From NCBI GenBank assembly GCA_017405465.1, contig JAFRAJ010000038.1:5360-69359 (forward strand): a DNA stretch of 64,000 nt, in the 5' to 3' direction. The notes beneath the pieces were generated by a model, which worked only from the letters and a program-made list of their open reading frames with translations, was not told the DNA's origin and ran no database searches. Position 1 is the first letter of the stretch; every line of letters starts with the position of its first letter. Source of the stretch: Oscillospiraceae bacterium. Lineage in GTDB: Bacteria; Bacillota; Clostridia; Oscillospirales; Ruminococcaceae. The translations under genes were made by a program, and so were the position numbers. Below, one piece after another: positions 18,706-26,479 of this stretch.

Positions 18706-19992
18706 ATGTATTGTCATAAATGCGGATCAAAACTGGTAGACGGCGCTCTGTTCTGCTCAGTGTGCGGGACAAAGGTCGTGCTTCCGGATCTCGGAACTGC
18801 AGAAGGATCAAAAGAAGCCGTGCCGGCTGTCCAGGAAGTACCTGCTCCTCCTGCAGAGGTGTTTGAGGAACCGGCAGTTATGGATGAGGAAACGGTTGCA
18901 GAAGATTTATTATCTGTTCCGGAAGAGAATATGCCTTGTCCGGAGGAGACAGAAACGTGTCAGGAGATCCCTGAAGATGATCCAAACGGTGAAACTGAGG
19001 AGCCTGTGAACGAATCATATGGGGAAGACCAGCTAAGCTGCGAGACAGCTCCCGCTGAGAAAGAATCCGAAGAACTGACCGAGCCAGAGCCGCAGCCTGA
19101 GCCTGCACCCGAGCCGCAGCCTGAGCCTGCACCAGTACCGGTGCCGCTGCCCGGATCGGTAGCAGCAGTGAACAATGGAAATGAAGTGAAAGATCCTTTT
19201 ACAGGAATAGGAAATGAACCGCATATGCTTGATTTTGGACAGGTGCTCACCGGAAATGAAGCTCCGACCAGGTTGCCTGAGACTTCAGCTCCTGCTGCTG
19301 TTCCGAAGCAGACAGAAGAACTGACACTGGATATTTACGCTACACAGCTTCAAGTAAGCAACGGAGAAGCTTTGATAATCAGCGATCCGAGACTTCCTTT
19401 ACGCGTCCAGGTCAGACTGACTCCCCAGATGAAGGACGGTATGAGATTCAGACTGAATCTGCCTGCAGGGACTGCCGGACCGTCTTCCGTTATTGCTGTG
19501 CTTCATGTGACAGCGCCGCCTGCAAGTTATTTCGTGCCGACGCCGGAACCAGCTCCCCAGCCTCAGACACCGCAGCAGGCAGGACAGCCTGAACCGCTGA
19601 ACACATCGGCAGTCTTCCAGAGCGGAACTGTGAGAGGTCAGATGCAGATATGCGTCGAAAGCGAACTCAACAGGAACAGGATGGGACGCAAGTACGAGGA
19701 CTCCAACGTGGATTTCTTCAGTGACAGAATGGAAGTGTACAGAAAGAATTCTTTCATGTCCGGGGCATTGGGCGTGATAGGCAGCGCAGCGGAAGGCAAG
19801 GGAAAGTATTTCGCCCGCATAATGAGAAATCAGATAGTAAGACATGAAAATATCGTCGATATGAACGGAAGAAGGATAGGGTACCGTATGTACCTGGAGG
19901 ACGGCAGGCTGTTCCTCTTCAACCCGTCAGGATCCGCTTCAGTAAAGAGGGCTTCTTTTGACACTGTCGACAGTTTCCTCAGACAAAGATAG
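18706..19992 (+). CDS. Zinc-ribbon protein with acidic/proline-rich linker and uncharacterised C-terminal domains
   Basis: Start at MYCHKCGSKLVDGALFCSVCGTKV (AAGGAG RBS upstream). CxxC..CxxC zinc ribbon, then an E/P-rich region with EPQPEPAP repeats. Confidence 0.7.
   Translation: MYCHKCGSKLVDGALFCSVCGTKVVLPDLGTAEGSKEAVPAVQEVPAPPAEVFEEPAVMDEETVAEDLLSVPEENMPCPEETETCQEIPEDDPNGETEEPVNESYGEDQLSCETAPAEKESEELTEPEPQPEPAPEPQPEPAPVPVPLPGSVAAVNNGNEVKDPFTGIGNEPHMLDFGQVLTGNEAPTRLPETSAPAAVPKQTEELTLDIYATQLQVSNGEALIISDPRLPLRVQVRLTPQMKDGMRFRLNLPAGTAGPSSVIAVLHVTAPPASYFVPTPEPAPQPQTPQQAGQPEPLNTSAVFQSGTVRGQMQICVESELNRNRMGRKYEDSNVDFFSDRMEVYRKNSFMSGALGVIGSAAEGKGKYFARIMRNQIVRHENIVDMNGRRIGYRMYLEDGRLFLFNPSGSASVKRASFDTVDSFLRQR
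19087..19134 (+). repeat. Tandem 24-nt direct repeat (2 copies) encoding EPQPEPAP
   Basis: GAGCCGCAGCCTGAGCCTGCACC(C/A) repeated head to tail inside the zinc-ribbon gene. Confidence 0.85.
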
Positions 19993-19995
19993 GAG

Positions 19996-21807
19996 ATGAA
20001 AAAAATGGAAGAGAACAGACTGCTTAAGCGCAGTGAAGTCCCGCAGGAGAATACCTGGAAACTGGAGGATATATTTGCCTCCGATGATGAGTGGTTCAAG
20101 GAATATGAGAGCCTTAAGGAACTCCCGGGACGCGCTGCGGAATTTGCCGGAAAGATATCCAAGGATCCGGCATGCCTGCTGGAGTACATGAAACTTCAGG
20201 ATGAGATAGGTATCAGGCTAGGGTCCCTCTACACCTATGCCAGCTGCAGAAGTGATGAGGATACTGCCAACAACTATTATCAGGACATGTCCGGCAAAGC
20301 CAGGAGCGTAATGGTAGGCATAATGGGAGCGGCTGCGTTCTCGGGCCCTGAGATAATGTCTATCCCCGATGACGTGATGGAGAACTTCTACAAGGAACAG
20401 CCTGAACTCGAGACATACCGCAGATCAATTTACGGCATCCGCCGCATGAAGGAACACATGCTCTCTCCGGAGACTGAGAGAGTGCTTGCGCTGTCAGGCG
20501 AGATGTCCGGAGCCGCGGGTAATATCAGCGGTGTGCTCCGTGATGCAGAGATGAAATTCCCTGACCTCACAGACGCGGAAGGCAATACCAGACAGCTTAC
20601 GGAGGACAACCTGCCCTTCCTGCTGGAGGATCCGGATGTCAACTTCCGCAGAGAGGCTTTCCAGACATATTACAAAAGATTCTCTGAGTTCAAGAACACA
20701 TTCGCGGCAACGCTGGACGCACAGTTCAAGCAGCTCCTTTTCTATTCTAGGGTAAGGAATTATGAAGATACGCTTTCTGCAGCCCTTGACGAAAACGAAG
20801 TGCCTACAGACGTGTATCTCAATCTGATAGAAGCGGTCCACGGGAATCTGGACAAGATGTACCGTTATGTAAGACTGCGTAAAAAGATGCTTGGTCTGGA
20901 TGAACTGCACATGCACGACGTCTATGTGCCTATCGTGGGAGACGTCGCCGTAAAAGTCCCGTACGAAGAAGCCAAGAAGACAGTTCTGGAAGCTCTTGCC
21001 GTTCTGGGTGAAGATTATACGGATCTTCTTAAGAAAGGGTTCGATGAGCGCTGGATCGATGTATATCCTAACGAAGGAAAGCGCGGAGGCGCATATTCCA
21101 GCGGATCGGGACGTCCCCATCCTTACGTCCTTCTGAACCAGAAGGACAATCTCGACAGCATGTTCACGCTGGCTCATGAGATGGGACATTCGCTGCACAG
21201 CTGGTACAGCACCAAGAATCAGCCTGTGTCCACAGCAGATTACGTCATCTTCGTTGCTGAAGTGGCATCCACCTGCAACGAGATACTCCTGGTAAGACAT
21301 CTGCTGAAGACCACGGCTGACAAGAGGGAAAGGATGTACCTGATCAACCACTTCCTGGATTCCTTCAAGGGAACGCTTTACCGCCAGACCATGCTGGCTG
21401 AATTTGAGCTGATGATGGGAAGAATGGCTGAAGCAGGAGAGACGCTCACTGCCGACGCACTCTGTGAGAAGTACAGGAAGCTTAACGAACTCTACTTCGG
21501 ACCTGACATGATCTCTGACGAGGAGATAGGCCTGGAGTGGGCAAGGATACCTCATTTCTTCTATGACTACTACATGTTCCAGTACGCTACCGGATTCTCG
21601 GCTGCGGTAGCTATCGCCAACCGCATACTGGAAGAAGGTGCTCCTGCGGTCGAGGATTACAAGAAGTTCCTCTCATCCGGGAGCAGCAGCGATCCGATAT
21701 CGCTCCTTAAAATAGCCGGAGTGGATATGAGCACTCCAGCCCCTGTGAACTCCGCTCTCGAGCTCTTCGGAGAACTGGTGGAGGAACTGGAGAAACTCGC
21801 TGACTGA
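19996..21807 (+). CDS. pepF: Oligoendopeptidase F (M3B metallopeptidase)
   Basis: 603 aa with HEMGHSLH zinc motif and typical PepF N-terminus (W.LEDIF). Confidence 0.9.
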   Translation: MKKMEENRLLKRSEVPQENTWKLEDIFASDDEWFKEYESLKELPGRAAEFAGKISKDPACLLEYMKLQDEIGIRLGSLYTYASCRSDEDTANNYYQDMSGKARSVMVGIMGAAAFSGPEIMSIPDDVMENFYKEQPELETYRRSIYGIRRMKEHMLSPETERVLALSGEMSGAAGNISGVLRDAEMKFPDLTDAEGNTRQLTEDNLPFLLEDPDVNFRREAFQTYYKRFSEFKNTFAATLDAQFKQLLFYSRVRNYEDTLSAALDENEVPTDVYLNLIEAVHGNLDKMYRYVRLRKKMLGLDELHMHDVYVPIVGDVAVKVPYEEAKKTVLEALAVLGEDYTDLLKKGFDERWIDVYPNEGKRGGAYSSGSGRPHPYVLLNQKDNLDSMFTLAHEMGHSLHSWYSTKNQPVSTADYVIFVAEVASTCNEILLVRHLLKTTADKRERMYLINHFLDSFKGTLYRQTMLAEFELMMGRMAEAGETLTADALCEKYRKLNELYFGPDMISDEEIGLEWARIPHFFYDYYMFQYATGFSAAVAIANRILEEGAPAVEDYKKFLSSGSSSDPISLLKIAGVDMSTPAPVNSALELFGELVEELEKLAD

Positions 21808-21833
21808 CAGTCACAGAAACCAAGAACAAAAGC

Positions 21834-21873
21834 AGAACGCAGATAACGCTCTCGTAGCAGTTATCTGCGTTCT
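21834..21873 (+). terminator. Hairpin downstream of pepF
   Basis: AGAACGCAGATAAC (21834-21847) pairs with GTTATCTGCGTTCT (21860-21873). The T-tract is weak. Confidence 0.55.
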
Positions 21874-21991
21874 ATTAATATATGGAGGTTTCCTAAATGG
21901 ATCTGCTTATATAACGTGCGATGACCTCAGTTTCGGTAACAAGCACGGATTACTGCCGAAAGAATGAAAAAAGCATTAGTCATCTGACAGC

Positions 21992-22405
21992 CTACTTGCT
22001 GTCATCTTTCCTTATCAGGTCGCTGATGTGTTTTCCGAAGAAGAAGTCATGTGTAAGTTTGTCATATTCAGCCCAGAGAGGGAGAGTCTCGCATTCTTCA
22101 GCTCTGGGACATGGTACAGCACCGTCCGCCAGACATGCTACGGTAGCGAGAGGTCCTTCCATCAGTTCGATTACTTCACCGACGGAGTATTCCTCCGGCT
22201 TCCTTACGAGCCTGTAACCGCCGCCTTTGCCGCTGGCTCCGATCAGAAGTCCGCCGGCGACCATGTCCTTGACGATTATCTCAAGATATTTTTTGGATAT
22301 GCCTTGCCTTGCTGCAACGTCCTTGAGGGGGATATAGCTGCCTGTGTCATTCTCAGCAAGATCGAGCATGACTCTGATAGCGTAGCGTCCTTTAGTGGAT
22401 ATCAT
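21992..22405 (-). CDS. Rrf2-family transcriptional regulator (IscR/CymR-like)
   Basis: Start chosen at MISTKGRYAIRVMLDLA (GGGAGG RBS 8 nt upstream). Three Cys (C..C.....C) near the C-terminus are compatible with Fe-S ligation. Divergent from nifS-iscU. Confidence 0.85.
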   Translation of the reverse strand: MISTKGRYAIRVMLDLAENDTGSYIPLKDVAARQGISKKYLEIIVKDMVAGGLLIGASGKGGGYRLVRKPEEYSVGEVIELMEGPLATVACLADGAVPCPRAEECETLPLWAEYDKLTHDFFFGKHISDLIRKDDSK

Positions 22406-22484
22406 TTTTATGGCCTCCCTCAATTATTTCCCCAATTATACAGTAGGTTAATAGGTAAATACAAGATTCACGAACAAAAACCTA

Positions 22485-22513
22485 TTGACATAGTAGGTAA
22501 ATAGATTTAAAAT
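22485..22513 (+). promoter_or_regulatory. Candidate sigma-A promoter of nifS-iscU with overlapping repeated AGTAGGTAAATA-like motif
   Basis: TTGACA (22485-22490), 17-nt spacer, TAAAAT (22508-22513). The spacer TAGTAGGTAAATAG resembles CAGTAGGTTAATAGGTAAATA at 22441-22461. Confidence 0.5.
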
Positions 22514-22546
22514 CATCATGAAGACAAAAGACAGGAGCGAAATGCC

Positions 22547-23731
22547 ATGATATATGCTGACAACGCCGCGACCACGCGCATGAGTGAAACGGCTATCGAG
22601 ACTATGACCTCGGTCATGAGGAATGAGTGGGGAAACCCTTCCAGCCTCTACAGCCGCGGGCAGACAGCCAAGGAGATAATCGAAAAGGCCCGTGAAGACA
22701 TAGCTGCTGTGATCGGTGCAGAACCGCGTGAGATCTATTTCACATCAGGCGGCAGCGAAGCTGACAATCAGGCGATAATCTCTGCAGCGGAGCTTGGGCG
22801 GAAGAAGGGAAAGATGCATATCATCTCCTCTGCATTCGAACACCATGCAGTTCTCCATACTCTGAACAAGCTGGAGAAGGAAGGCTTCGAGATAACGCTT
22901 CTGGACGTGCATGAAAACGGAGTCATAGTAGCATCCGAAGTCGAACAGGCTATAAGAGATGACACATGCCTCGTAACTATAATGTACGCCAACAATGAGA
23001 TCGGCACCATCCAGCCTATACGCGAGATCGGAGAGATCTGCAGACGGAAGGGAGTGCTTTTCCATACCGACGCAGTACAGGCAATGGCGCATATCCCGGT
23101 GAACGTGGCACTAGATAATATCGACATGCTCTCATCCTCTGCACACAAGTATCATGGCCCCAAGGGAGTCGGATTCCTCTACGCAAAGAAGAACATCGTT
23201 CTGACAAATGTGATCGAGGGCGGAGCGCAGGAGAGAGGAAAGCGTGCAGGAACAGAGAACGTAGCCGGTATCGCAGCTATGGCAGCCGCTCTCAAAGAAG
23301 GCATCGACAGGATGCCGGAGAACGCTGCGCACATGACTGCGATGAGAGACAGGCTGATAGCAGGCCTCAGGGAGATACCGCATTCTGCACTTAACGGGTG
23401 CAGCAGACGCAGACTTCCCGGAAATGTGAATTTCTGCTTCGAAGGTATAGAAGGTGAATCACTGCTGCTGCTTCTGGACGATAAAGGCATAGAAGCATCT
23501 TCGGGCAGCGCCTGCACATCAGGCTCACTGGACCCGAGCCATGTGCTCCTGGCGATAGGCAGAGTACATGATGTAGCTCACGGCTCACTGAGACTCAGCA
23601 TAGGAGAGGACATCACCGAAGAGGAAGTCGATTATATCATCTCTTCCGTAAAGGAAGTCGTGGAATACCTGAGAGGATTCTCCCCGATATGGAGAGATCT
23701 TATGCAGGGCAAGAGAGAATTCATTCTGTGA
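22547..23731 (+). CDS. nifS: Cysteine desulfurase (NifS/IscS type)
   Basis: YADNAATT N-terminus, SSSAHKYHGPKG PLP-lysine motif, SSGSACTSG active-site Cys loop. Confidence 0.9.
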   Translation: MIYADNAATTRMSETAIETMTSVMRNEWGNPSSLYSRGQTAKEIIEKAREDIAAVIGAEPREIYFTSGGSEADNQAIISAAELGRKKGKMHIISSAFEHHAVLHTLNKLEKEGFEITLLDVHENGVIVASEVEQAIRDDTCLVTIMYANNEIGTIQPIREIGEICRRKGVLFHTDAVQAMAHIPVNVALDNIDMLSSSAHKYHGPKGVGFLYAKKNIVLTNVIEGGAQERGKRAGTENVAGIAAMAAALKEGIDRMPENAAHMTAMRDRLIAGLREIPHSALNGCSRRRLPGNVNFCFEGIEGESLLLLLDDKGIEASSGSACTSGSLDPSHVLLAIGRVHDVAHGSLRLSIGEDITEEEVDYIISSVKEVVEYLRGFSPIWRDLMQGKREFIL

Positions 23732-23744
23732 GGAGGCACTCATA

Positions 23745-24128
23745 ATGGCACTATACAGCGAGAAGGTAATGGATCATTTCCGCAATCCGCGGAATGTCGG
23801 AGTGATAGAAGACGCGAATGCCATAGGCGAGGTCGGCAATGCGAAATGCGGCGATATTATGAAGATGTATCTCAAGATCGAGAACGATATCGTCACTGAC
23901 GTCAAGTTCGAGACGTTCGGATGCGGAAGCGCTATCGCTTCAAGCTCAATGGCGACAGAACTGATCAAGGGACAGCCGCTGAGCGAGGTTAGGAAACTGA
24001 CGAACAGGGCTGTATCCGAAGCCCTCGACGGCCTGCCGGATTACAAGATGCACTGTTCCGTTCTGGCGGAAGAGGCGATCCAGGCAGCGCTTGAGGATTA
24101 TGAAAAGAGGACCGGCGTAACTGTCTGA
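23745..24128 (+). CDS. iscU: Fe-S cluster assembly scaffold (IscU/NifU N-terminal type)
   Basis: GNAKCGD, FGCGSAIASSS and MHCSVLAEEA motifs carry the three scaffold cysteines. Confidence 0.9.
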   Translation: MALYSEKVMDHFRNPRNVGVIEDANAIGEVGNAKCGDIMKMYLKIENDIVTDVKFETFGCGSAIASSSMATELIKGQPLSEVRKLTNRAVSEALDGLPDYKMHCSVLAEEAIQAALEDYEKRTGVTV

Positions 24129-24161
24129 GATACCGGCAAACGATCGGAGGACCATACTGAG

Positions 24162-24269
24162 ATGTCAGCTGCTGCAGCAAAAATGATGTGCATGTGTTGT
24201 TGGACGGATGAGACCCGGCCTGTTTACGGTGCGGGGCGTCCGGTACATTCATGCGCTCTGCAGCGCTGA
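24162..24269 (+). promoter_or_regulatory. Candidate 35-codon Met/Cys-rich leader ORF upstream of cysK
   Basis: GGAGG at 24146-24150, ATG at 24162. The peptide is MSAAAAKMMCMCCWTDETRPVYGAGRPVHSCALQR, with three Cys and three Met among codons 8-13. Confidence 0.3.
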
Positions 24270-24296
24270 ACAGTCCGGAAAGCCTAGGTACAGAAC

Positions 24297-24325
24297 CGGC
24301 CGGGATCGAACCCGGCCGATTTTTT
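24297..24325 (+). terminator. Intrinsic terminator between iscU and cysK (operon terminator and/or cysK attenuator)
   Basis: CGGCCGGG (24297-24304) ATCGAA CCCGGCCG (24311-24318), then A + TTTTTT (24320-24325). Confidence 0.75.
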
Positions 24326-24373
24326 ATAAAAAGATGATAATTCTAAAAAGTGAAAAATGAGAGGAGATCGACC

Positions 24374-25306
24374 ATGTCGAACATCTACAAAGGAACACTG
24401 GGGCTCATAGGAAACACGCCTCTTGTGGAGATCGTCAACATCGAAAAGGAACTGGGACTTGAAGCTACAGTCCTGGTAAAACTGGAGTACTTCAACCCGG
24501 CCGGAAGCGTCAAGGATCGTATCGCAAAAGCGATGATAGAAGACGCAGAGGAGAAGGGGCTGCTCAAAAAAGGTTCAGTCATTATCGAACCTACTTCCGG
24601 CAATACGGGAATAGGACTTGCAGCCATCGCTGCCGCCAAAGGGTACAAGATAATCCTGACTATGCCGGAGACCATGAGCGTAGAGAGAAGGAACATCCTG
24701 AAGGCTTACGGGGCGGAGATAGTCCTTACAGAAGGAGCCAAAGGCATGTCCGGAGCTATTGCCAAGGCGGATGAGCTGGCAAAGGAGATACCGGACAGCT
24801 TCATTCCGGGGCAGTTCGTGAACCCGGTAAACCCCGCAGTCCACAAGGCGACCACAGGGCCGGAGATCTGGAGAGACACAGACGGAAAGGTCGACATATT
24901 CATTGCGGGAGTAGGCACCGGCGGAACTGTCACCGGTACCGGTGAGTACCTTAAAGAGCAGAATCCTGATATCAGGATAGTAGCTCTTGAACCTGCCGAT
25001 TCTCCGGTTCTCTCGGAAGGCAGGAGCGGCGCACACAAGATACAGGGTATCGGAGCGGGGTTCGTCCCTGATGTTCTGAACACTGCTGTTTATGATGAGG
25101 TCTTCAAGGCAGAAGCCGCTGATGCGTTTGCCGCAGCCAAACTGCTGGCGAGAAAAGAGGGAATATCAGTGGGGATCTCTTCCGGTGCTGCACTGCACGC
25201 CGCTCTCACTCTCGCAAAACTTCCCGAGAATAAAGGAAAGGTGATAGTCGCGCTGCTTCCCGACAGCGGAGACAGATATTACTCAACACCTCTCTTCACG
25301 GAATAA
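24374..25306 (+). CDS. cysK: Cysteine synthase A (O-acetylserine sulfhydrylase)
   Basis: Start at [18 protein letters not shown] (GAGGAG RBS upstream). [12 protein letters not shown]-lysine motif and TSGNTG loop. Confidence 0.9.
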   Translation: MSNIYKGTLGLIGNTPLVEIVNIEKELGLEATVLVKLEYFNPAGSVKDRIAKAMIEDAEEKGLLKKGSVIIEPTSGNTGIGLAAIAAAKGYKIILTMPETMSVERRNILKAYGAEIVLTEGAKGMSGAIAKADELAKEIPDSFIPGQFVNPVNPAVHKATTGPEIWRDTDGKVDIFIAGVGTGGTVTGTGEYLKEQNPDIRIVALEPADSPVLSEGRSGAHKIQGIGAGFVPDVLNTAVYDEVFKAEAADAFAAAKLLARKEGISVGISSGAALHAALTLAKLPENKGKVIVALLPDSGDRYYSTPLFTE

Positions 25307-25313
25307 AGATCTG

Positions 25314-25342
25314 CAGAAAAAAACGCCGACCCGGCGTTTTTT
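25314..25342. terminator. Bidirectional terminator between convergent cysK and the VOC gene
   Basis: AACGCCG ACC CGGCGTT flanked by an A-run and a T-run. Confidence 0.75.
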
Positions 25343-25353
25343 CGTGTATATGA

Positions 25354-25734
25354 TTATTTTTCGTTGAAAAATTCGATCTCCTCACCGATCGGACCGACAC
25401 AGAAGGCGATCCTTGCCGGAAGCGGAGGGTCGGAAGGAAGGGCGATGTCAGTGGGCTCTCTTGTCACTGTATAACCTGCAGCTTTGACTTTCTCTACAAG
25501 ACCATCGACATCATCGACGGCAAGAGCGTAATGTCTTACGATACCGGCCTGACGGGGGTTCTCGCCGCCTGTATTTATCTCCAGAACGGAATCACCGCCG
25601 GTATCTATCATGACGGCTCCCGGCCATTCTCTCTTGACGGTAAGTCCGAGAACATTCAGATAGAAATCTTTGACTTTTTCGAATTCCTCAGGGTCGTTGC
25701 ATCTCATTGAGATGTGATGAATGCCTTTGATCAT
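25354..25734 (-). CDS. VOC (glyoxalase/bleomycin-resistance/dioxygenase) family protein
   Basis: 126 aa with IKGIHHISMRCND..FY..VLGL N-terminus typical of the VOC fold. Confidence 0.75.
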   Translation of the reverse strand: MIKGIHHISMRCNDPEEFEKVKDFYLNVLGLTVKREWPGAVMIDTGGDSVLEINTGGENPRQAGIVRHYALAVDDVDGLVEKVKAAGYTVTREPTDIALPSDPPLPARIAFCVGPIGEEIEFFNEK

Positions 25735-25810
25735 TTTTTGTTACCTCGCTAATATATGCAGATGTTTACGAACAAATTATAAGTGCTTAACCGTGCTGCT
25801 GCCGAAGGTC

Positions 25811-26479
25811 TCAAAACGGCATAAGCGGTGACAGCAGGATCGAAAGGATGAGACCGGAAATAACGGTGATCACTGTACGCTTCAGATCCTTATGCAGGAT
25901 CAGCACTGTTCCCAGAAAGAACAGTATATTTAAGAAGCCGTTTGGATAGATATAGAACCATCCCGTGCTGAAACAGGAACGGGCCATCACAGTGAGTATG
26001 AGCGAGCAGATCGCTGCCGCCACGATACCGCTGCTTTTGGCATACCAGCATATCACAGCCAGTACAGGAGAGAGCAGAGTGATGCCGTACCAGATGATCA
26101 TATAGGAAAGCGGATCGAATCCCCCGAAGACTACGGTGTAGAGATGATACGCAGCACACATTCCGGCAAAAAACAGGAACGTGTTGACCGCAGCCCTCTT
26201 AGGACTTCTGCTGAAGACTGCGACTGCAGCTGCGATCATGAACCATACAGAAAACTCAGAGAATACATTGCCGAGATCGAGCGACTCTACGATGCGGTGC
26301 CACCAGATACTGCTGTCCAAAGAAAGCTCATCCAGCCATTTTGAGAAGATGCCTAGAGCCGCGCCTGAGAGCAATATCAGCGCCGAGTTCAACACAGCAG
26401 AACGTAGGCCTGCTGTTCCTGCAGGAGTGCGGACGCTGTCCAGAAGACCGCTCAGGCTCTTCTGATCCGTCTCACTCAT
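25811..26479 (-). CDS. Polytopic membrane protein, unknown function (about 6 TM)
   Basis: 222 aa and hydrophobic throughout. The start overlaps the stop of the upstream MORN-AAA+ gene (ATGAGTGA, 26472-26479). Confidence 0.65.
   Translation of the reverse strand: MSETDQKSLSGLLDSVRTPAGTAGLRSAVLNSALILLSGAALGIFSKWLDELSLDSSIWWHRIVESLDLGNVFSEFSVWFMIAAAVAVFSRSPKRAAVNTFLFFAGMCAAYHLYTVVFGGFDPLSYMIIWYGITLLSPVLAVICWYAKSSGIVAAAICSLILTVMARSCFSTGWFYIYPNGFLNILFFLGTVLILHKDLKRTVITVISGLILSILLSPLMPF

Noticed and set aside
19040-19140. Short tandem repeats as a possible CRISPR or minisatellite
   Set aside because: There are only two 24-nt copies, in frame within a coding region that encodes a Pro/Glu linker, with no spacers. 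It is not a CRISPR array.
20494-21555. 353-aa minus-strand ORF antisense to pepF
   Set aside because: It is fully embedded in pepF, which has the HEMGH motif and PepF layout. There is no independent start context or recognisable domain.
24294-24320. tRNA-like T-arm (GGGATCGAACCC) suggesting a minus-strand tRNA
   Set aside because: The loop would be 6 nt rather than 7. No acceptor, D or anticodon arms can be built from the flanks. The hairpin is followed by T6 on the plus strand, so it is a terminator.
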